From Dudresnaya verticillata (lineage: Eukaryota), in NCBI GenBank assembly GCA_977862235.1, contig OZ374562.1:186001-250000 (forward strand): a stretch of 64,000 nucleotides of DNA. The letters are read 5' to 3'. The notes under the pieces were generated by a model. It did no database searches. It saw only the letters and a list, made by a program, of their open reading frames with translations, and was not told the DNA's origin. Positions 56,770 to 64,000 of the stretch are shown in pieces (positions within the stretch are counted from its first letter, which is position 1; every line of letters starts with the position of its first letter). The position numbers and the translations under genes were made by a program.

Positions 56770-57909
56770 ATGGCATCTCCGGGAAAGCGCAGAGAGACCG
56801 ACCTAATGAAGCTGTATGTTTCTCCTCGCACTCTTTGCTCGCGCTCTTTTCCTTGCCTGCGCGTTTCCCTGGCTCCTTGCCGCACCACCCGTGTTCATCT
56901 GCGTTGTGCTGCGTACTTACCGCCTTTTGCGTTTTGCGTTTGTTGCTCGCTTTCCGTCTTTGCATCGTCTTGCTGCTTCTACTCTCGCGACCTCATAGCA
57001 TGATGGCCGACCACGAAATCCAAATGGCCGATGGAGACCGTATTGGAGAGTTCTATGTAAAATTCCACGGCCCTAAGTCAAGTATGTTGCCTAGCTTGTG
57101 TAACTGCCCGATATGTGTGCGATGCTCGGATGTTTTGGTCTGTTGCGAAAGAAGCCTATTCTGACCTCATTTACTGTTGGCTGCTCTGTTTGCTTGCGTT
57201 GACACAGCCCCCTACGAAGGAGGTGTCTGGAAGGTTCATGTTGAACTACCTGAGGCATACCCCTACAAGAGTCCAAGTATTGGTTTTATCAACAGACTTT
57301 ACCACCCGAACGTGGACGAGATGTAGGTTTTCTTGGTTGCTCCGTTCCAATCTTTCTCTAGCGTTATTCTTCCCGTCTTTACCCTGCTCTTGCGGCGGTA
57401 GTACGTTATACTTCGCATCCCTCCAACTTGAAACAAGCCGCTGACAGCTCCTTTGTCAATTTCTGCCTGCTTTGTTTGTTGCTATCTACTTATGGAATTG
57501 CGGTTGTGCTAGGTCTGGAAGCGTGTGTCTGGATGTCATTAATCAGACCTGGAGCCCGATGTACGACCTAACTAACATTTTTGAAGTCTTCCTCCCGCAG
57601 CTCCTCACATACCCTAACCCGACGGACCCGCTCAACGGCGAAGCTGCGGCGCTCCAAATGCGCGAACCAGAACGATATAAGCAAAAGGTCCGTGAGTATG
57701 TGCAGAAATATGCAAAGCCAGAAGATTTCCCATCCGGTTCTACTGGCGACGCTGATGAGGACGACGCCTCCAACTTTTCTATGAGTGAGTCGGAAGCTGA
57801 GGATGAGGATGACCAACTGGGCGATGATGCTGCCGCTCCGTCAACCATGGGGGGTTCCGACGGTGCGAAGGGACATGACGATGAGGTTGGCGGTAATCTA
57901 GAGCTTTAG
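56770..57909 (+). CDS. UBC8: Ubiquitin-conjugating enzyme E2, UBC8/UBE2H family, 4 exons: 56770-56813, 56999-57081, 57208-57322, 57513-57909
   Basis: GT-AG introns keep frame and give [17 protein letters not shown]...[60 protein letters not shown], then an acidic tail. Confidence 0.95.
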
Positions 57910-58916
57910 TCTGGACCGCATGCGCGAAATGTGAATCCCGCAGTTGGATTTGTGGGGCGCGTTGGACGCTTTGCGCGTTGGATGGTTTCCTCTCTTGTGG
58001 TTTCAGATAAGATGCTGCTCAAACATAGGGAAGACAAGATAGCATCGGTGAAAATGTGCGGTGCGTTTTTGATGGACTGCCTTGGTTGTATATGGAAAAA
58101 AGTGCTAGGTGACTGGTTGTAGCGCGTATGTTAGCACATTCGTTTTGTAATATAGATAAGTGTTTGTCGAATGTGCGCGTGATTTGCAAGACGCGCTTGT
58201 CTGGACGCAAAGGACTGCTGCTCACGACTGGGCGCCTTCATCACGGTAGAATCCCTTCTGAAGAGGCCATGGTTTCAACTTTTTCTCAGCTATATAGCGA
58301 CATACAATACCACGTGATGATCAGATCAAACTTTCGTGAGACGTCCTTTTGCGCGACTTGAAATAGAATTGTGCCAGCCGAAATGTTCCCAGCAGGTTCC
58401 GTAGTAACATGCACAGCAAACCTGTCCAAAAAAGTCAAATAAGGCGTATAGGCTCTGAAAGGTAGGGCCGACGGGGTCGCAGTCATGAGAGATACACGCA
58501 AGTTTTGCCACCGTTTTCAAAGCCGCAAGCGGAACGAGGAGTGTCGAGGTGTACGGTCCTGCAGCCTAACGGCGCAAAGGCCCGACAGCGGTTCCTCCCC
58601 TGAGCAGCATAAAATTAGCGCAGAATTCCGCAATGTGGCTGGCAGCTATGTGGTCTGGATGCACAGCGGTTTCTGTCATGTCACACTCTTCAAAATCGGT
58701 CGAATCTGCCCCCCGCAGCTTCATGTGATTTTCGATCCCCGTCTGAACTTCTGAACCGCACCAGCCGCCCACGCGCGTCGTCCTCCGTGTTACGACCGCT
58801 CCGTTCAACGTGGACTATATCGTCTCAGCTTCCTCCTAAATGCGAAGCATTGTCTTCAAGTGTGAAGTCCGGGCGAAGAGGCGGAGGTACCTACCGCTAC
58901 GTTGCAAGGAAGGTGT

Positions 58917-61900
58917 ATGATGCCGAACTTACCAGTGGACCAACCGCCGACGTCACCGTCTCTGCTTCCTTCCGTGCTACAATCGTTACCGGATCTTCCA
59001 ACTAATCCTACACTTGCCTACGCCGTTTTTGAAGCTGTTCGGAAAGCAAGTCGTAGGGTCGTGTCCCTCCGGCGAGTGTCACCACTGCTTGCTCCAATCA
59101 CCCCAGTCGCACTGAGCGCGGAGCTTCCCCAAGTCCGCGATGAAGCAGCTTGTACTTGTGTTACCCTGGTCTCATGCCTTGTCTCTAGAGGCTATTCCAA
59201 GCTGGCCTCTGCCTATGTTGCTGACCTCGCCGCAACCGCTCGTGTTATCATCCAGCATGACAACCCGCAGCCCATAACCTCCTTCCTTTCTAAGTTTCTA
59301 GCAACAGCACGCTCCGCCGCTCCGGAGCAGGACAAACGAGTATTTGACGCCGTTCGGGTTCCAGAAGTGGCTGTGGCCCCGGAGTCCCTGCAGGCCTTGC
59401 TAGACTTACTTGCCTCCCTTGTTCTAATGGGAGACTGTACCTCATCCCCAGCAAAGAATACCTCTTTGTCAACGGAAATGCCAGTTGAATATCTTTCGGG
59501 CGGGGAAGAGTCCTCGCAGTCTGCTGCAGTGAGCTTGTGGCGATGCCTTGGTGGTGCCACCCGAGCTTCTGTCCTGGATCTAGCCGCCAGCCATGCCATT
59601 TTGTCTGGACGCTGTGGTACTAAAGTCATGTTGGCCGCCTCCAGCATTTTGGAGCGGGCATTTGATGTGCGGTCAGGGTGCTGCGTGCCAGACCCCGTTC
59701 GGAGAAGAGTTGCCTGTGTCGTACATCACATTCTCGCCCAGGAGACGTCAATCAAATCTACTGACTTCGACTACGCCCGGTGCTCCTTATACAAGCTCGC
59801 CCGCATTTGCGCCCCTCAAGGTCAACTTCCAGCATCTTTGTGGATTGTTTCGGGTATTCGAGACGCGGTTAACCATCGCGGTGAACTTGGACGAATCTTG
59901 CGGCAATGGTCCCACAATAGTTTGGTGGCAAGGGGGGGTCGTGGCAACGGACTACATGCATCTTCCGGACGGACCAGTACTCTCTCGGAGAGAGAGTTAG
60001 AACCGCCTCTAAAGAAAAGGCGTGTGGATATGGCGGAGAAGCCCCCGGCCCCGACAAGCTCACAATTGGAATGCAGTCAGAAAGAGCAATCTCAATATCC
60101 ATCTATACCAGAGGAGGAAGCGCGAAAGAGCCCCACGTCTGCACTTACAAGAGAGTTGCAGCAACTTGAAGATATATCAACTTTTGCAGAGAAGCCCGAG
60201 GCGGTTTTTATACTTGGACGTGTCGCGTCTGTTACCTCGGATTCCCTTACTGCTACCTCTAAAGCTGATACTGCCTCTCTCTCAGACAATGCGGAATGGA
60301 TCGGGTTTGCGAGGTCAATCAGCTTAATTATCCGGGATGTGTTAACGAATGTCAGGCGTGATATCAAGATGGAAATGTGGGATGCCATATTCTTTGTGGC
60401 TACCGAAAGCCTAAGACTAATTTCTGCACTCTTGGAGGTCGGGGAAGGATCGTCGCATGGCCATACTTCAGAAGATGGCACGGAAGAAATATCGCCCGGC
60501 TCCAACCTGTTGATCTCTTCAGTTTTATCAGTTTTAAATACTGCGAGTCTGGAGCTAGACTCCAAAGGAGGGCAAGGTGTGCCTATGAAATCGCTCTCGT
60601 CTCTGCTTTGTTACTTTGGAAACTTTATGGAGCGGCCTCATTTTTCGTTGCCCGAACGCAGTGGTCTAACGAAAGCGATTGAGCGATTTGAGAACCTCTC
60701 TATTGATGGCATGGGCGAAGTAGAAGCAACAGATACTGCTCTTTTGATGCGCAACTCGTTCCGCGTTGGTGTGCGAATGCGTGAACCTGTGTTGTTAGGA
60801 GGGGCTCAGGAAAACTCACGCTTGTCATCGATCATATCCCAGAACATGATTTCTTGCCCTGAACTTGCAGCAGCAGCTCTGTTCGTCAAGAGTACTATGA
60901 TTTGTGCATCTGCTGGCTGCAAAGGGGTGTATTGTATCGCCCGAGAAGACGGTACGCGTACTGGAGTTGAACGCACCCGTGCTGACACAGCGCTGTGGGT
61001 CACAATATTTCGAGAAGTATCGGACATTGCAAAGGGTAGTGCAGGTGAAGTACTCCTTATTGCTGCAGTGCGCTGCCTGGGAACATTGGCTTACCATTGC
61101 CCCTCAACAAAAGTCGGTGAGGCTACTGCTGCGCTGGTTCAGGCGCTGTGGCATCCGACTTGCCAAGCCGCTCGGACGGCAGCCATGTCAAGTTTTTCAC
61201 TACTCCTGGTCATGCAACCGGAGGATGTAGTTTCAGGTCCAGCCTCGGAAATGCCAGAGGGCCATCGTGAACGCATTCCCTTCTCATCTCAGGATGCATT
61301 GGATACAACTGATGCTGTTTTCAAGCCCAGGGGGGATGAACATGACCCGGCTCGACTGCTTGGTGTGGAGCTGCTGGGACATGTGAAGACTATAAACGAA
61401 ATTCTTCGACAACGTGACATGACCAAGCTTGAAGCAGTTAATTTTCGACCTTTGATCTTGTTGATGGAATTACCCCCCGATGGATATGTGACTTCCAAGG
61501 TAATTGGACTGGTGTGTGACACTCTTGTAGCTTGCGCAATGGCAGAGCTAGTCTCTTGGCGTTCGACAACCATTCAGCAACTGCGATCTGAAAGATACTC
61601 TCAAGTGGAAGAACGTGTTACCACGTTTAAGTGCAATGCCTGGAATGCGTTCCTGACGTGTGTTTTGCAGCTCAGGTTCGGCAGGTTTTCCCGACAAGCT
61701 AACCCTCGGCTGCCATCTAGCAGCTTCATGAGATTCTCGGGCATTACAACTATCCTGTCGGGCCAATCTCCACTAGGCTCCCACATCGCTGATTTTCTAA
61801 ACTCTCGAATGTCAGAATGGTTACCGTTCACATTCCAGCGGCTAACTAGCGATGACTCTGCCGCTTCACAGCTTGCACAACTCTTGATGGTCTCTGATGC

Positions 61901-64000
61901 GGCATCTATGTGGAAAAAGTTTCCCCGGCACATTCTGGGGTGGCTGATCCGTCGTAAGGACAAAGTGGGCCTGGAATGTTTAGCTCATCGGGTAGGTCAG
62001 CCTACTCGCGATCTTGTTGTCAGTGCATGTGCAGACGTATTTGCACGTGAAGCGTTGCTTCACAGTGAAGGTCTGGACCTTAGTCCTAGTGGCCCTAGTG
62101 GGCTAATTCAAGAGACTCTTCAAACACCATTGGAGAGTATCTTGTTTTCTCAACTCGGGAAGGTAGTACAGAGGATTCTCAGGGAAAACGGAAGCTGTAA
62201 TGGTGGGAGGGTGAAGTCTGCTCTTGAAAGTATCTCGTTGATTTCCGTTGCGCATGGGTTTACTAACCTCAACTCACCTGGTGCACTTGTTTCGGCACAT
62301 TTCATGCTGGTCATGGATGCCGTGAATCGCGGCCTCTTTCACCCAAACACCACGGATGCAGAACGCGTGAGGTATCTTCGAATGCTTGATGGAGTTATTG
62401 ACATTGCCCGTGGATGTTTACACATGTACATTCCAAAGATGCTAGCTACGCTCAAGATGGCAATTGACCGCATCCGAGATAGTGCTGGCCTGTGCCAGAG
62501 AATCTTGAAGGTATGGATGAGCTTTGTGAGTCGTCTTGATCCAAAACACCTGATCTTGCACTTGCCTACAGTCTTGTCAATTCTCATTCCGTTCGTCAGC
62601 GAAAGCAATGCATTCATATCTCCAACTCTGGCAATTGTTATGGACAATGTTAAGACACAACCTTGCAGGCACTGGCCAGAGGTGATCCTGTTACTGCAGC
62701 TTGCTCATAATGCGCCTCTCAATCGGATTGCAGGAAAACTGGAAACAAGAACAAGGCCTCGTTTATCGTGGCATGTGGCGGATGCTGTCTCGCCTGGTGG
62801 TGCTAATTTGCGTTCTGCTCCCAAAAGGAATGGAACCGAGGTGATAGCAGAGGCTTGTGAAATCGTTGAGCGAATAATATCAAAGTACGAGAACGGCATG
62901 ATAGAAGTATTGGCCGTTGATCACTTGGTCGGGCTATTACGGAAAAATCGCAGGCTGTTGGATCGAATACTCAAGGATCTAGTTAAAGAGCACGGCAAAG
63001 ATAATCATAGGAGGATTGGAATACTTTGCACGCTGCTTCGTACGCTTGTGAGAGCAATGGGAAGAACTACAAACATACGGTGCCAGGAAAAGTTAATGAG
63101 CTGCATGGGAGAAGTCGGCGCGTTGGACCCTGCAGTTGTGTCGCACATTGATATAAGTACTGCTCAACGCAAACAGTCCGGTGGTATTGAAAGCCGCAGA
63201 CCATATCCAGTAGCAATACTCAAGCTCAGAGCTTTTCTCCTAGACAATTTCTTGGCACCAGCCCTTGCTCTAGGGGAGAAACGTGGGGGTTTTAAGAACC
63301 AGAGTAATCGGTTGGGGTTGACGATTCAGGAAATGCTGCGAATTACTGGCTGTAAAAGGGAGTTTGCGTCCCGGGTGGTCACAGGAAACTTAGGCAAAGG
63401 GAAAAATGAAGGCGATGTGGATTGGGAGAACGGTATAGGACGATTGAGTGAAGAAGAGAAAGCAATATTCTTTTGGGAGCACCTGAAGGTTTCCACGAGA
63501 CCAGTCGTTCAACCTTATCTGGAAGAAATTTTCAACATAGAGCTCTTTAAGAGCGTATTTGGCGCGAACCCTGGGGATGAGCAGCGGGCTTGTGAGCCGG
63601 TTTGGCTCAAGGTCCGAGCTCTGAATGAGTCGGGCCAGGTCCCTAGTGCCGAGCAGTGGCGTCGGCAGATGATTGTGCAATTGGTGGATTACTGTGGCGA
63701 AGAGAGAATATACGGCGGGACTTTGAGAGCACTGAGACCGGTCTTGCGCTACCAAGACAATGTTACAGCATATGTATTCCCACTGGCTGTTACAACAGCC
63801 CTCGACGAACAGAAACGCAAGAAAAGTACTAAAATACTAGGCTTTCTGGCGCAGGAACTAAGCCTTGTGTTACGAGAAGGCTCCTCCGCCCAACCAGTAT
63901 TTGACCTACTGGATACATTACGACACTGGCGAGAGCAAAGGTGTGCAATACGCGGAAGGTTGTACAGAGTAAGAGATGCTCACGGAGTTGGGGGTGGCCC
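58917..64000 (+). CDS. ATR: ATR/Mec1-type PIKK kinase, N-terminal part (3' end lies beyond the window)
   Basis: Reading frame from ATG 58917 appears open to the window end, hence its absence from the track. Leu-rich HEAT-like sequence, UME-like block (YIPKMLATLKMA...LKVWMSFVSRL) and SCMGEVGALDP at ~63100. Kinase domain not in the window, and an upstream exon is not excluded. Confidence 0.8.
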   Translation, partial: MMPNLPVDQPPTSPSLLPSVLQSLPDLPTNPTLAYAVFEAVRKASRRVVSLRRVSPLLAPITPVALSAELPQVRDEAACTCVTLVSCLVSRGYSKLASAYVADLAATARVIIQHDNPQPITSFLSKFLATARSAAPEQDKRVFDAVRVPEVAVAPESLQALLDLLASLVLMGDCTSSPAKNTSLSTEMPVEYLSGGEESSQSAAVSLWRCLGGATRASVLDLAASHAILSGRCGTKVMLAASSILERAFDVRSGCCVPDPVRRRVACVVHHILAQETSIKSTDFDYARCSLYKLARICAPQGQLPASLWIVSGIRDAVNHRGELGRILRQWSHNSLVARGGRGNGLHASSGRTSTLSERELEPPLKKRRVDMAEKPPAPTSSQLECSQKEQSQYPSIPEEEARKSPTSALTRELQQLEDISTFAEKPEAVFILGRVASVTSDSLTATSKADTASLSDNAEWIGFARSISLIIRDVLTNVRRDIKMEMWDAIFFVATESLRLISALLEVGEGSSHGHTSEDGTEEISPGSNLLISSVLSVLNTASLELDSKGGQGVPMKSLSSLLCYFGNFMERPHFSLPERSGLTKAIERFENLSIDGMGEVEATDTALLMRNSFRVGVRMREPVLLGGAQENSRLSSIISQNMISCPELAAAALFVKSTMICASAGCKGVYCIAREDGTRTGVERTRADTALWVTIFREVSDIAKGSAGEVLLIAAVRCLGTLAYHCPSTKVGEATAALVQALWHPTCQAARTAAMSSFSLLLVMQPEDVVSGPASEMPEGHRERIPFSSQDALDTTDAVFKPRGDEHDPARLLGVELLGHVKTINEILRQRDMTKLEAVNFRPLILLMELPPDGYVTSKVIGLVCDTLVACAMAELVSWRSTTIQQLRSERYSQVEERVTTFKCNAWNAFLTCVLQLRFGRFSRQANPRLPSSSFMRFSGITTILSGQSPLGSHIADFLNSRMSEWLPFTFQRLTSDDSAASQLAQLLMVSDAASMWKKFPRHILGWLIRRKDKVGLECLAHRVGQPTRDLVVSACADVFAREALLHSEGLDLSPSGPSGLIQETLQTPLESILFSQLGKVVQRILRENGSCNGGRVKSALESISLISVAHGFTNLNSPGALVSAHFMLVMDAVNRGLFHPNTTDAERVRYLRMLDGVIDIARGCLHMYIPKMLATLKMAIDRIRDSAGLCQRILKVWMSFVSRLDPKHLILHLPTVLSILIPFVSESNAFISPTLAIVMDNVKTQPCRHWPEVILLLQLAHNAPLNRIAGKLETRTRPRLSWHVADAVSPGGANLRSAPKRNGTEVIAEACEIVERIISKYENGMIEVLAVDHLVGLLRKNRRLLDRILKDLVKEHGKDNHRRIGILCTLLRTLVRAMGRTTNIRCQEKLMSCMGEVGALDPAVVSHIDISTAQRKQSGGIESRRPYPVAILKLRAFLLDNFLAPALALGEKRGGFKNQSNRLGLTIQEMLRITGCKREFASRVVTGNLGKGKNEGDVDWENGIGRLSEEEKAIFFWEHLKVSTRPVVQPYLEEIFNIELFKSVFGANPGDEQRACEPVWLKVRALNESGQVPSAEQWRRQMIVQLVDYCGEERIYGGTLRALRPVLRYQDNVTAYVFPLAVTTALDEQKRKKSTKILGFLAQELSLVLREGSSAQPVFDLLDTLRHWREQRCAIRGRLYRVRDAHGVGGG

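Overview
Eukaryotic nuclear DNA with compact, mostly intronless, GC-rich genes. Gene content and MAFV/MSAF/MQAF-type plastid transit peptides point to a red alga, probably a florideophyte (inference). About 22 protein genes and one initiator tRNA-Met are supported. Housekeeping genes include a Prp2/DHX16 helicase, ALG13, CDC6, RPS29, a UBC8-type E2, the 5' part of ATR, chorismate synthase, ClpR, two D-2-hydroxyacid dehydrogenases, an inositol polyphosphate kinase and a PH-CAMK kinase. Four genes are missed or fragmented by the ORF track: a spliced COX5C-like micro-gene, RPS29, the 4-exon UBC8 and the ATR ORF that runs off the window end. The most interesting items are: a plastid ankyrin protein resembling the substrate-binding core of cpSRP43 without chromodomains; a catalytically eroded ISE2/HelY-type pseudo-helicase; a ubiquitin-like/bZIP fusion; a CBM48-TPR fusion; a secreted Hedgehog-type Hint protein; a bacterial-like beta-helix protein; and a secreted alpha-carbonic anhydrase lying alone in a ~13.6 kb gene-poor block between two ~475 bp direct repeats. 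Family assignments come from motif recognition by eye, not from database searches.
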